NCBI GenBank assembly: GCA_038087875.1
Contig: CM075990.1
Coordinates: 5,458,001 to 5,522,000, forward strand
Direction: 5' to 3'
DNA: 64,000 bases
Source: Malacoraja senta
Lineage: Eukaryota
Shown here piece after piece: positions 11,781 through 25,119 of this stretch. The notes beneath the pieces are model-generated. The model was given only the letters and a program-made list of their open reading frames with translations. It searched no databases and had not been told where the DNA came from. Positions within the stretch are counted from its first letter, which is position 1. Every line of letters starts with the position of its first letter. Made by a program: the position numbers and the translations under genes.

Positions 11781-13918
11781 TTTCTTCAACTTCTCCCTCC
11801 TTTGGTGTTACCCGGCCAGCTAATTATTTCCAGCATTTTCTATTTTTATTTCCTGTGCACATGAGTTCAACTAAACCGACCCTCACACACACAACTGGAG
11901 AAGGAAGAGATGAGGAAATTGACTGAATTGTAAGAACTGAATACTTGAGCTCGAGGAGGCTCAGGAGACTTAAGAGCTGGTCATAGAGTCAACATGTCCC
12001 AGTTTCATAGTCCCACTTGCCTGCGTTTGGTCCATATCCCTCCAAACCTGTGCTATCTATGCACCTGTCTAACTGTTTCTTAAACATAGTGATTGTTCCC
12101 TGCCTTGACTACCTCCTCCGGCAGCCTGTTCCATACACCCACCACCCCTTGTGTGAAAAAGTTACCCTTCAGATTCCTATTAAATCTTTTGCCCTTCACC
12201 TTTAAAAAAAAGTCATGGAAATGAGTGGAATACTGAACCAAACAATGTACAGTTCTGGATGGGTTGACATCTAGATAACTCAGATTTGTTCCTGTAGTGT
12301 ATCACCCCCCCCCCCCCCCACCCCCTCTTCCAGCCTCACCCCTAACCTCCCAGAACACCCAAGTAGACTGGATCTCATCAAAGAAATGTGAGCAGATTGA
12401 GATCAGGATATAGTCGATTCAAAGCAACACGTTATAATTTCTGTCTCTTGTGTGAAAATAGTATCGCTCATTTGCTCACAGCCTGTTCAGTCTTTCCCCG
12501 CAAGACCAGCCTCTCATTGCACTTTCCTATGAATGTAAAAACTTCTTTAAAAAGGAAAACTGTTAATGTCGTCCTATCTGAAATCTGAACCTCGATTTTT
12601 CTGTTCAATAAATGAGAACGTTCCGTTACTATTCCTGGTTACTTTCTGTATCCAGTGACTAATGGAATAGATAAGGGGGAACGAATGGATGTGATATGGT
12701 GGGATTTCCGGAAGGCTTTTGATAAGATCCTATGCAAGAGATTGCTCAATTAACGTTAGAGCACGTGGAATTGGAGTTGACATACTGACGTGGATTGAGA
12801 TTAGGTTAGTGGAGTGAAAGCAAAGAGTGGGAATAAGTGGATCCTTCAAAGGCTGATACCGTTGATTAAAAGGGAAATTGTAGATTGTTTTCTTCAGAGA
12901 GCGTTTGATTTCAATTGTAGGGAAGTTTCATTGCATTTACAGGGCCTTTGTGAGTTTGAATCTCAGTATTGTGTGGAGTTTGTTCTACTTAAAAAAGAAT
13001 GCACTCTCTATCAAGGGAGTGCCAGAAAATCATATTTTCCATATATGAAAGATTGAATAAAAAGGGAGTTTGAAAAGATGTGAGGAAGTCTCATTGAAAC
13101 TTAGATCATTCTCAAAGGGCTAGACAGGATAGATGCTCTTCCTGACTGAAGAGGCTCAGAACACGTGGTGCATTTTGATAATAAAACTAGACTGCGATAG
13201 GAGAAATTTCTTCACAGAGGGTAATGGGCACTTGGAAATTTCTAATCTGGGTGGCTGTTGGAGTTGAGTTGTTACGTTCATTCCAAACAATCGATAGACT
13301 GTGTAGGAAAGAACTGCAGATGCTGGTTTAAACCGAAGATAGACACAAAGAGCAACTCAGCAGGTCAGACAGCATCTCCTGAGAAACGGAATAGGTGACG
13401 CTTCGGGTTGAGAAGAAGTGTCTCGATCCGAAATGTCACCTATTCCTTTTCTCTAGCGATCGATAGATTTAGGGCATCAGGGCTATCCAGGGATATGGGT
13501 ATAGTCCTGATACTGACGAATACTCCTGTTATTTTTCTTATATTCTTATGCACCTGTTTATTCGGGTTTTACAAAGCATGCACTAGAACACCAAAAAGCT
13601 TGCGTATCTCAGAGTTCTGCAATCTGGGGAATCAAAAGAGCACTCGGAACAACAACCGTCTCCTCTCCCTGCGCTGTAGAACGCAGCTGTTCAGGAGATC
13701 CTTCACCCCTGCAGCCATTAGATTTTATAATACGGCTGTAGGGGGATGCGTTTTTGCATTTTTAAATTGTTAATTATTGGTCTTTTTAAGTATTTATTCT
13801 TCTCTGGTATTGTCCACATTGTATTTTATGTATCTTCTGTCTGCGTTCGTTTTGAAGGTGTGGGTTTGTTGGTTGGGGGCTTCTGGACATCTGAATTTCC
13901 CTGAGGGGATCAATAAAG

Positions 13919-13963
<45 letters not shown>

Positions 13964-14844
13964 CTCAATATTTGGATAATGTTCATTAAAATGGACGAGT
14001 TTTCATTTTTCACTACATTTCTCAGATCCTTGCCCTTCTCACTTAATCGTAACTCACTCCCCTCCATAGGTTCTCATCACAACATACCTTCCTACCTTAT
14101 TTTGTCACCAACGAATTTAGCAACTATTCCTTCTGTGGCTTAATTCACCATTTATAGACATTGTAGAAAATGTAACTCGTGCATTGATACCTCTTGTTAC
14201 ATCTTAAAAAGACTAATTCATAGTTACTTCCTATTTCCTGTTGACCATATCATCTTTTATCCAATAAGTCATCTCCTATACCGCAAGTTTTTATCTGGCT
14301 TTTTATGATTCTGCATTTGTGTGTGTTTTTGTGTTTTTATGACTGTTGGCAGATCAATTTCCCTCCTGGGATAAATAAAGTTCTATCATATCATATTGTA
14401 TCATATCATATTGTATCGTTCAACACAGATGCAGGGAACAAGATCCCATAGATTTTAATGAGGATTTTAGGTCTATGGATTTGGAGGCTACTTTTTAAAA
14501 CATTATTTAGCTTTAGTTTTTAGTTTCTGAATGGATTTTAGAAAGAAACATTTTTTATTATTTCCATTTTAAGAAATTTCAAAGTCTGAATGAGATTTGA
14601 AATGTAAAACATTACCGAGCACAGTTGGCAAAGTTTTCAGGGGCCATTTGAGGAAGGATTAACCTCGGATGTCAGTGTAGACTCTCTTGCTGTGCAGGTT
14701 TGGCTGCTGTACACTTCAAATCAGCGAAACTGACCCTCAGCATCCCGAACTGCAACACGAGCTGGCAGCAATGAATAGGGTGATGCTGTGTTGGGGAATG
14801 GGTCTACCAAGACCGGATCCTCAGCTTTGTCTTTGTGGTAGATG

Positions 14845-14878
14845 ATAGAGAGAGAGAGGAGGGGGAGTGGGAGAGGGG

Positions 14879-14955
<77 letters not shown>

Positions 14956-14965
14956 AGAGAGAGTG

Positions 14966-15004
<39 letters not shown>

Positions 15005-15113
15005 GTGTGAGAGAGAACGAGTGTGATAGTGTGTGTGTAAGAAGGAGAGAGATAGTGTGAAAGAGTGTGTGTGTGTGTAAGAGAGAGAGAGTGTAAGAGA
15101 GAATGTGTGTGCA

Positions 15114-15145
<32 letters not shown>

Positions 15146-15222
15146 AGAGAGGGAGAGAGAGAGAAAGTGTGTGTGAGAGAGAGAGAGAGGGGGGGAGAGA
15201 GAGAGAGGGAAAGAGAGAGAGA

Positions 15223-15253
<31 letters not shown>

Positions 15254-15353
15254 GGGAGGAGAGAGGGGAGAGAGGGAAAGAGAGAGAGAGAGAGAGTGAG
15301 TGTGAGAGAGAGAGAGAGAGAGGGGGGGAAAGAGAGAGAGAGAGTGAGAGAGA

Positions 15354-15396
<43 letters not shown>

Positions 15397-15407
15397 AGAG
15401 AGGGAGG

Positions 15408-15447
<40 letters not shown>

Positions 15448-15458
15448 GAGAGAGAGAG
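14845..15458. repeat. Compound (GA)n/(GT)n microsatellite, continuing at 15629-15715
   Basis: Direct observation. Confidence 0.98.
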
Positions 15459-15623
15459 ACGATGGTCACCACGTGGGGTGGAGAGTATAATAAATAATGA
15501 ATGTGCTGTTGTACTATAATGATGTGGTTTGATATAATGTATCTTTTGATTATGTATTGATGTGATGTATCATTGAGTGTGTTGAATAAAGTTTTTGAAA
15601 AGTTAAAAAAAAATAAAAAAAAT

Positions 15624-15628
<5 letters not shown>
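15459..15628 (+). mobile_element. 5'-truncated poly(A) LINE end, probably Tx1/L1 clade, inside a (GA)n microsatellite
   Basis: RWSPRGVESIINNECAVVL* ORF end, AATAAA at 15585, A-rich tail 15605-15628. Confidence 0.6.
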
Positions 15629-15700
<72 letters not shown>

Positions 15701-16670
15701 GAGAGAGAGAGAGAGTATTTTTAATTGGGTGAAAGGAGGATCAGTAGCTGTAGATGATGTCCTTCGGCAAATTCATGAGCTGATTTAATTTAAAGTAGCT
15801 GTATTTCACTGTTTGCTGTATCCAAGGCTTCCCCGATGCATAGACGTGTAATCTGCATCTTTTGCCAGGGCAGTCACTTTAAGCTGTTACATCTAAAATG
15901 AATAGCAGGGATTGTTGAATTTGTACATTATTTAATGAAGTGACAGTGTTGCTGCAGCAACAGTCTTTGCCTGATTGCAGAACAGAGTGCCGTGGGATAT
16001 TACTGATGTAATGTTATTACATGTCTGACACTAAAAATGATTGACTATTTATCTTTAATGCCAGTCTGTGCCCTTTGGCACTGTGAGTCCAGACTACTGT
16101 ACGTCTTGACCTGCAGCCGCAGCCACATACACCCCCTGCAGATCCTTTATGAAGTAGTCTGGAAGTACTCTAGGGAGGAGAGGACAGAACTTGGGAATTG
16201 GGTGAGATGTGGTCAAGGTAGAGAGGAAGCCGTGGTTCGGGAAGAAGGAAGCAAAGGCAGAGGAGCTGGGAGAATGGTGGGAGGAAGTACAATTAGAGTA
16301 CTTGAAGTTAATTTCAAAATTTTATCATTTTGTAATAGTCCCTTCAGTAATATTTTCCAAATCACTTTTAACTTGCAGTTTAAATTCAGTCCGTTCTTTT
16401 CCATGTCTGGACCAACATAACAATTTCTAATACACCCCCCTTACTGTTTGTGTTGGAAGATAGACACAAAATGCTGGAGTAACTCAGCATGTCAGGCAGC
16501 ATCTCTGGAGAAAAGGACTAGGTGTACCTATTGATGGGATAGATGCATTGAAAGGGAAAGGCAGTAACTACTAAAGGGAAATAGAAAAAGGGAATATGTT
16601 GAAGGGTGGGTAGAGGTTCAACACCCTGGAGTTGTTTTGTTGATTTTGTGCAGGCGCTAATTTGGACCAG

Positions 16671-16816
16671 TATGGTCGTGAGTAGTCGCCGAAAGAGTCG
16701 TACCTTGTTCTGGTCACCGTTGGATTTTTAACATGTTGAAAATTTTCGGCGACCTGCAACGACCTATGACGGGTGCTGACAGTCACCGAAAAAATCGAGT
16801 ATGTGGGACAGGCCCA
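16671..16816. mobile_element. Harbinger-type MITE, right half only
   Basis: Ends GTGGGACAGGCCCA-TTA; matches 41226-41371. Confidence 0.7.
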
Positions 16817-17015
16817 TTAGGGTAGATGCACAGAGTCTTTTACCCAGAGTAGGGGAATCAAGAACCAGAGAACATAGGTTCAAGGTGAGAGGGGAAAGAT
16901 TTGATAGGAATTTGTTAGTCGAACAGTGGTGGATGTGTTCACTCATGCAAAGCTTTTCCTCGGAACAATGCCACTGATATAAGAGGCAAACTTAACCACA
17001 AAGAAGTACGTGTAA

Positions 17016-17340
17016 TGGGCCTGTCCCACTTAGGCGATTTTTTCGGCAACTACAGGCGACTAGTTTGTCGCCACATGTTCGCCGGTGGTCGCCGGGAGCG
17101 GTCTCCTCAGTCGCGCAAAAAGTCGTAGGGTCTTTCTGGTCACCGCTAAATTTTCAACGTTGAAAATTTTTCACTGACAGTGGGTTTGACGCCAATGAGC
17201 GTAGCTTGACTTCTCCTGACGCAGGTGCTGTCGTAGGTTGTCACCAGGATGACATAGGTTGTCGCCGGTCTTTCGGCGGCCTGCTACGACTTTGACAGTC
17301 GCCGGCAGTTGCCTAAAATATCGCCAAGTGGGACAGGCCC
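17016..17340. mobile_element. Harbinger-type MITE
   Basis: TIRs GGGCCTGTCCCACTT / AAGTGGGACAGGCCC, preceded by TAA. Confidence 0.85.
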
Positions 17341-17484
17341 CAGGCCCCTGTAAGGATCCCAGATAATCCATTTCTCATCCAGAGCCACTCTGCCATGTGA
17401 TTTCATGTTATTTGTGTTCTCCTGCTTCCTCGTCACTGAATAGACAGCATTATCTCCACCATCTTATCTGACTTTTGATTTCAG

Positions 17485-17552
17485 CACCTGTGGCATGAAC
17501 CTCCCTGAGAACTCTCTCTACAGCGCCGTGCTCAATTCAGTGTCTGTTTTAT
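17485..17552 (+). CDS. TMEM150A-like exon (68 bp): (S)TCGMNLPENSLYSAVLNSVSVL
   Basis: tttcag|C...T|gtgagt, phase 2/1. Aligns with SKCGSYPPESCLFSLIGN of the TMEM150/DRAM family. Confidence 0.9.
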
Positions 17553-18363
17553 GTGAGTATATTACAATTGTACTATTGCACCAACTAATGGCTTCTATTT
17601 TTACTCAATAGATTTTTATGCTGTGCAATTTGACTCCAAATTTGTCTTGATTCTGTAATGATTCTGAATGTTAGGAATATTGCATAATCATAAAGACTGG
17701 TTATACACATAACAGAGTGAGTTGTAAAAGTAAAAAAACATCATTTTCATTCTGTGTCCCATTGGGTGATAGCACAAGCGAACGATGCCCTGGGTTGTGT
17801 CACTATTACAACTCAATTAATATCGATAATTTCAGATTTTGATAATCCCTCGATCTCATATCCGATTGGAAAAGTCCCAGTTCTCACTAGAGGGATTCTT
17901 GCTTCATATTAACACGTTCCTTCACTGGGAAAAAGTGATGAGCGATGTGTGGCAAAATTAATTTTATCTAGGGAATTGTTGAATTTACAAACATACTGAG
18001 GGTATAGTGAGAAAATGAAGTATTTTAGCCCAATGGTGTTTCAATTTAAACAAATAAATCTTTCAGATATTATTAGGCATGGAATCCCTTACAATTTCCA
18101 AAGAAGAATCAATTGGTCTCTAGAAGGGGAAAATGCATTATTTCCTGAATAAGATGAAGACACAAGATGATGGAATTAGTTTAAATTGACAACAAAGGTA
18201 ATTTAGACAGAATGGGATTACTATTCTGTGCAGTCAATCTATATGACTTCAATTTGTTCCCAATTGTGGGACGGAATGTGCAAGTGAGTAAATGGGTGGC
18301 AAAGGGCTTGAAGTTAGGAGAAGTAACCTATTTAACAACCTATCCCTGGTCTGATTCTTCCAG

Positions 18364-18494
18364 TCGCTGCCGTGTGTATTTTTCGACATGCTCAGATATT
18401 GGATCGAAAAGTGGATGATGCTACGTTGAGTAAGGGTGCCATGATTGTTGGCTTCTTTGGTTCTGCGGGAGGCTTCATTGCTGGAAACTGTAAC
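18364..18494 (+). CDS. TMEM150A-like exon (131 bp): (F)AAVCIFRHAQILDRKVDDATLSKGAMIVGFFGSAGGFIAGNCN
   Basis: ttcttccag|TC...AAC|gtaagt, phase 1/0. Aligns with ALICLLRYGQLLE...GLLVVGNFQ. Confidence 0.9.
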
Positions 18495-20666
18495 GTAAGT
18501 GCTCGTGAATAAGACGAGATAGAATTACTTTACTTGAACCTTCCAATGAAAATGTCTGATATATTCGTCACGGATGGCATACCGTTAAATGTTTACCCGA
18601 TTAACAAAATGTGAATAAGGCGGAATGTGAAAGGTATATAGTGTGATCACCTTAAAATGATTTAAAAATAAAACATCATAAAAAATAAGTAAAACTTTTG
18701 TCCATTAACAAAATGTTTCAGCTAATGAAAAGATGGGATGTAAAAGGGAATCTGTACTGTCGAATAGAAATTGAAAGGGTATTTCTATTAAAGGGAAGAA
18801 CATTAAAAAAAGATGAAAGATTGCAGTCCTGACCTCCCATCTACCTCATTGGAGACATTTAGTCTGACTTTATTGCACTTTATCTTGCATTAACGGTTGT
18901 TCTCTTTATTGTTTATCTGTATACTGTGGATGGCTTGATTATATTCATGTATAATCTTTTCTTTGACTGGATAACACACAAACAAAAGTACACATGCTAA
19001 TGATGATAAACTAAACTACACTAAACTGAACTAATGAACATTGTCACTGGGACTGGGATTCAAAAATGACTTTGACATCACTGAACAAAGTGGTCAAGCC
19101 ATCACCAAAAGAAGGACGATTCTCAGTATCAGTGAATAGACCTCTTCTGCTCAAACCCATTCCATGTTGGTTCATAAAACCAGAGATAAAAAGCTGGAAT
19201 CTAATGTTGCGTTAACTCAATGGACAATAAATGAATGAGCAGAAGCAGGCAACATTTGCCATTTTTAAACAGGTTTGTAAAAATCAACAATTTGTACAGA
19301 TCATATGTACGGTATTCAGAAATGCACAGTTCAATGAGTTATAGGTAAGGTCATAAGGTCATAAGGGATAGGAGTAGAATTAGGCTATTCTGGCCCATCA
19401 AGTCTACTCTGCCATTCAATCATGGCTGATCTATCTCTCCTTCCTAACCCCATTCTCCTGCCTTCTCCCCATAACCTCTGACACCTGTACTAATCAAGAA
19501 TCTATCTATCTCTGCATTAAAAATATCCACTGACTTGGCCTTCACAGCCTTCTGTGGCAAAGAATTCTACAGATTCACCACCCTCCGACTAAAGAAATTT
19601 CTCCTCGTCTCCTTCCTAAAATAACATCCTTTAATTCTGAGATGATGATCTCTAGTCCTAGACTCTGCCACTAGTGGAAACATCCTCTCCAAATCCACTC
19701 AATCCAAGCCTTTCACTATTTGGTATGTTTCAACGAGGGCCCTCCCCTCATTCTTCTAAACTCCAAGTTGAAGAGTTGAAGTCAGTTCATCTCCCCGAAG
19801 TTTAAATCACAGAGTTATTTCACCTATGGATTAGTTTGTAAAATGTATAATTAGATTGGCCATCTAATAACATTTCTCAGTTTGACTGGTGGCCTATCCA
19901 ATCTGGCTATATTACACTGTTATCCACCAGGTTCCTTTCATTTTACAGTCACTTTCCATCTAGTAAATTGTATGATCACCTTAAGATGTTAAAAACAAGC
20001 TGGATAGAAAATAAGTAAAATTTGTCCTTGGTTAGCTGAATGAAAGGATAGGATTTTAAAAGATATCTGTATTGCAGGATAAAAATGGAAGGGATGGTTC
20101 TATTAAAGGGATGGATTATAAATAGAATAAAGATGAAAGATATTGGCACTGGTGGATGAATGGGGGGTCGTTGAACAAGCAGCAAAATGTTAAATGGAGA
20201 GGCCATCCGAATGTTAGGAGATGGGTAAATGGGAAATCCAACTGAAAAGCATTGGCCATAATGAATAATGAGAAATACACCTCAGCGAGTGATCTGAAAG
20301 ATGAATATTGGGAATGATGGGAAGTGGGAATGGCAGAGTCAGGGTACATAGTAATAGATCAATGGACATTACTATATTAGCAAAAAACAAGCTGCTGGAA
20401 GAACTCGGTAGATCAGGGATCATTTATGGGGGGAATGGACAGACAACATTTTGGGTTGGGACCCTTCTTCAGGACAGGTCTTCGAGATTGGGCCTCTTTT
20501 ACTTTCTTAGCCATTTTCTTTCATCTGCTCATTATGGTTGAGGAGTAAGCCAGCGTGGATTTCTTATGAATGTAACTTCAATTTAATGTGTTTGTGATGC
20601 TACTTGAGCGCATTTTCCGCCATTGTACTAAAGTGAGGGAGTATTAATGTGTTGCTTCCTTTACAG

Positions 20667-20844
20667 CCATCGGTTCTCATGGTGCTACATTACTTCGGAG
20701 CGACACTATGTTTTGTCAGCGGTTGTATTTATTGCATAATACAGACAGCTTTAACGTTCAGGGCCCCTATAACGGGAAAGGAATGCTTGTTGGTGCCTTT
20801 ACGTGGACTGCTGACCAGTTTACAAGTGGTCGTTTCTATCAGCT
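20667..20844 (+). CDS. TMEM150A-like exon (178 bp): PSVLMVLHYFGATLCFVSGCIYCIIQTALTFRAPITGKECLLVPLRGLLTSLQVVVSIS
   Basis: ttacag|CCA...T|gtatcctt, phase 0/1. LHYxGA family motif. The donor is U12-type. Confidence 0.92.
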
Positions 20845-23345
20845 GTATCCTTCTTTAACGCTGTAGGTGATGAATAGTTTTCATCCATGTTGTTGCCTTA
20901 ACTTAAACTGAATGAGAGGGAGATGATACAGGGGAGCTTTCGTTCCTGAATTGTAGAATACTACAGAATAAAAGATCCATTGGGTTTATGTTGGTCACTT
21001 AAAAGAGCTTTTTAAGTATCAAAATTCCCCTTGCATTTGTCACAATGCAAAAGATCATCTGGCTCAGAAAGCCATTTGCGAAACACCTGTAATAGTCTCA
21101 TTTTCTATGCCTTTGGCTGCATCAGTCGACCTCATCACACAGTGGGTGGAAACTGATCCAACACTCTTCATCACTATCTACTGACGTGTTAGAAAATGAC
21201 TATTTATGAGCATCTGATGATGTTTTAATTGGGTTCAACTGCAATGCAATTCTCAGTGCATGAACTGACTCGATGCAGCTGCCAGGCAAGCTAATCACAT
21301 TTACCAGATAACCCTTGAGTCATAGAGTGATTCTGTATGGAAACAGGCCCTTCGGCCCAACTTGCCCACACTGGCCAACATGTCCCAGCTACACTAGTCC
21401 CCCCTGCCAGCAGTTAGTCCATATCCCTCCAAACCTGTCCTATCCATGTACCTGTCTAATTGCTTCTTAAAAACTGCGGCTCAGTCTGAAGAAGGGTCTC
21501 GACCCGTAACGTCGCCCATTCCTTCTCTCCAGAGATGCTGCCTGTCCCGCCGAGTTACTCCAGCATTTTGTGTCGAACTGCTTCTTAAATGTTGGGATAG
21601 TCCCTGCCCCAACTACCTCCTGTGGCAGCTTTTTCCATACATCCACCACCCTTTGTGTGAAAAAGTTACCCCTCAGATTCCTATTAAATCTTTTCCCCTT
21701 CACAAACCTATGTCCTCTGGGCCTCGATTCCCCTATTCTGGGCAAGAGACTCTGCATCTACCCGATCTATTCCTCTCAAGATCTTATACACCTCTATAAG
21801 ATCACCCCTCATCCTCCTGCGCTCCAAGGAATAGATTCCCAGCCTACTAAACCTCTCCCTGTAGCTCAGACCCTCTAGTCCTGGCAACATCCTCATAAAT
21901 CTTCTCTGTACCCTTTCCAGCTTGACAACATCTTTCCCATAACATGGTGCCCAGAACTGAATACAATTGAGCTAGAATTAGTAAATCCTGCAAATGAACC
22001 AAGGCTTTCATATGTGTAGTTGAAACAATTCATAACTGCAACTTCTCCAAGAGAATGTGAGGGTGGAAATGGCTCATAGAGAAAGCTTGATTGGGGATTT
22101 CATTGATAACTCTATGATGTTCACTTCTCTTTCACCTCCTCAGAAAATGAAGGAGTCCATTCCAGCGAAATCTAAATAGTTCTTAGCAACTACCTTATCA
22201 AGCCTTCTCAGAATCTTACATGTCGGAAGAAGATAATTTGGGAGACTGTATGAAATTTTGGTCTCCATGGCTGAGAAAAATTTACTTTCCTTGCAGTGCA
22301 GGTTCAAAAGATTAATTCCTAGAATGAGCAGATGGACCCGTAAATAGAGATTGAGAATGAGTGGTCTGTACGCACTGAAGTCATGAAGTTAAATTCCATC
22401 TGCTGTCCCATCGTCCTTAGCCCATTTCTTTATTTAATCCAGATTTTTGGTAAGCTGAGATGGCCCTTCTCATGATGACCTATATGAGTAATTTTGGTGT
22501 TCTCTGCAAATTTGCTGGATAGATCTGAGAGTAATAATAATAATAATAATTCATTTTATTTACTGGCGCCTTTCTAAAACCCAAGGACACCTTACAAGGC
22601 ATAGAATCACAAAAATACAAAACACATAATCGGAATAAATTAAATATAAAAACACCACAGTACACAAATCAAGGACAGAATTCAATTTCAAAAGCACAAA
22701 AAGAAAATAAGAAACACAATTTCAGAAGAGAGCAGCGGCGACCAATTCCAAGGGGGATGTCCTGTCGTAAGAAGATCCAGACAAGAGGGCATAGGTTCAG
22801 GATAAAAATGTGATCATTTACAACTCAGACATGGAGACATTTCTTGGTGTAGATCTCTGAATCTCTCCACGTCCATTGAGACAGGGTGTCGTCAAAGCTA
22901 AGATTGTCTAGAGGAGACTGAGGGAGCAAAGGATATGGAAGCAGATGAGAAAATGGACAAGGCACAAGGCTGATCGGGATCTTTTTGAATGCCAAGAGTA
23001 GACTTGAGAGTTTACTAACTTATTCCTGATGCTTTCTCTTATTTCAGACTATAATATCTCCTGGTGGTCAAGGGTTGGACTAATCAAATGCATTTTCACA
23101 CAAACACTCTGAGTCAAGGTAAAAGTTAAAAAGCAAGGAAAAGGGCTGCTAGTGCGTTGGATTAAGTGGTTGGGTTTAATGGTGACCTTAGGATAAACGA
23201 TCCAGTGCATCTGAAGATGTAGACACCACACTGAGCTCTACAGAGAGAGATGGAAGTGAGGTGGGTGGAAGGTTCGTGCATAAGTGTGCATATGTTTTGA
23301 CAATGACTTTGTTTTTGCTGCATTTTATCCTTAACTCTGTTGTAG
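20845..23345 (+). other. U12-type (minor spliceosome) GT-AG intron, 2501 bp
   Basis: 5' splice site GTATCCTT at 20845. Branch sequence TCCTTAAC at 23328-23335, ending 10 nt before the intron end (23345). The junction restores frame (T|AT = Tyr). Confidence 0.93.
21318..21968 (-). mobile_element. CR1/HER1 LINE fragment with a nested pLTR (21472-21578)
   Basis: RMLPGLEGLSYRER..RLG.YSLERRRMRGDLIEVYKI; nested insert flanked by TGCTTCTTAAA. Confidence 0.9.
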
Positions 23346-23569
23346 ATCTGATCTTTTTTGTCCACCCCGATCTCACAAAGCAACACATAGGAGTCATTTG
23401 CGAATGGATCTTGGCCACAAATTTCTATGTTTTTATCATGTCCTTTACCTTTGAATTTTACTACATCACCTCTTCCGTTCTCCTCGTATTGATCAGCAGG
23501 CCCGACGTTGAGAAAATCGCGATCCTGTCGGAACAACGAGGTACAGATATGTCTACGTTTGACAAATGA
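23346..23569 (+). CDS. TMEM150A-like terminal coding exon: (Y)LIFFVHPDLTKQHIGVICEWILATNFYVFIMSFTFEFYYITSS...STFDK*
   Basis: tgttgtag|AT acceptor. FFVH...CEW...F..EF motifs of the TMEM150/DRAM family. Ends in TGA. Confidence 0.92.
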
Positions 23570-25119
23570 GCAGCGGAACGCCAAGCACCGATGGCTGTGC
23601 AATTACGGGCAGTTGGAACCACATGATTCTTCCTTCTATTTAGATTATGTACCTGTCAGTCTTTCAGTCCCTATCAACATATTTGTCTCTTCTTTGGAAT
23701 CTATAGGATAGCTTTTTCCTTTCCATCCAACATCCACTTTTACACAGCGTGAGACTGTGGGAGAAATCATTGTCCCAGTTATTCCTCTCCAGTGTCTCTT
23801 GCCGATTCTCGGCTCCTGAATGTACAGTAATTAAGTTTAAAAAAAGAGTGAATTATATATTTTTGCTGCCTGTGCATTGCCCTTGAGTTCCCACTGCCCC
23901 ACGCCCCCCCCCCCCCTCCCCCCCCCCCCGCCTATCATGTTCCACAATCCAACAAAGATATGAAAAGGATGACAAGGAAAAGTGGTCGGGTGCTACTGGC
24001 CCGCCTCCATTAACTTCTTCACATGGTTCCCAGAGGAACTGCCGTTGGTCTTTGAGGTTGCTCCACCACTTTTGCGTTGGAGGATATAGAGTGGGCCGGT
24101 CAAATGGTGAGGAAGGCAGAAAGAAGGTAACGGTTAACATTGCCTTCCAGCTTCCCCAGACGTTCTGGCCTTCTGTGCCCAGCAGCCATAAGGCACTTGG
24201 CAGCCTTCAGGTCTGCAGTTGCAGGCCACAGGCTTGTTTCCGAGGGTGAGATGCTGACAATGGATCAGCCATTGCTTACTGTACACACTACTCCGTGCTA
24301 CCGATGGGGCCTGATATAAACATCTCACATCAGGGTAGGTGCAGAACCCAGTCGAGATATTGAGGGCGGTAGAGGGTGGACAATTGGGCCCAACGTTTCT
24401 AATAACTGCTTTACCCTGTTGATGGGAAGGTGGCAGCCACGACTGCGAAGGGAAGTAACTTCTCAGGGTATTTTTAACAGTCAAATGCACTTGCAATGGA
24501 TTAGATCCTTCCTTCCTGGCTGCCATCTATGGAGCTTCCCAAACCTTAGGAAGAGCAAGGCCATTTCCATTGGGAGAAATTGCATAAAATGAACAGTGTC
24601 CCTCTGTTCTGTTCTGGGCTCCAGTTAGACCGCACCTGAAGAACTGGTTGAAGAGGAGTTAGTAACTCGTTGAAGGAGGAAGTGTTTGAAGTAGCAGAAG
24701 TTCCCGTGCATCCCACCCAGGCACGTCACTGCCTTGCTGCTATACAAGTTGCCAGCCCAATTCTCCCCTTCCTCACAAACACATTCTCTGCTGTGCAGAC
24801 TCTCTCAAGGTGATGTATACCTTTTAATCGTATGTATTTTTGATATTGATAATGGCAGTCAAGATTGGTCACCCAATCCAGTTACCCACAGAACCGTTCA
24901 CAAGAGGCTCTGTTGGCCCACTGTGCCTGTGCTGGCACTTTGGTTTTGTTCCCTGCGTCCTAGTCTTCAACAATAGATCAATTAAATATATTTCCACCGC
25001 CCTTTCAGACAAGGCATTCCAGATTATAATAACTCATTGCATAACGGCTACATCCCTCGTGCTGCCGAACTACTTATACCAACAGTGCACGTCTCTGTAA
25101 CTCCACACCAAATCTCAGG

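Noticed and set aside
14804..15519. Long ORFs rich in SL or ER
   Set aside because: Translations of the (GA)n/(TC)n microsatellite.
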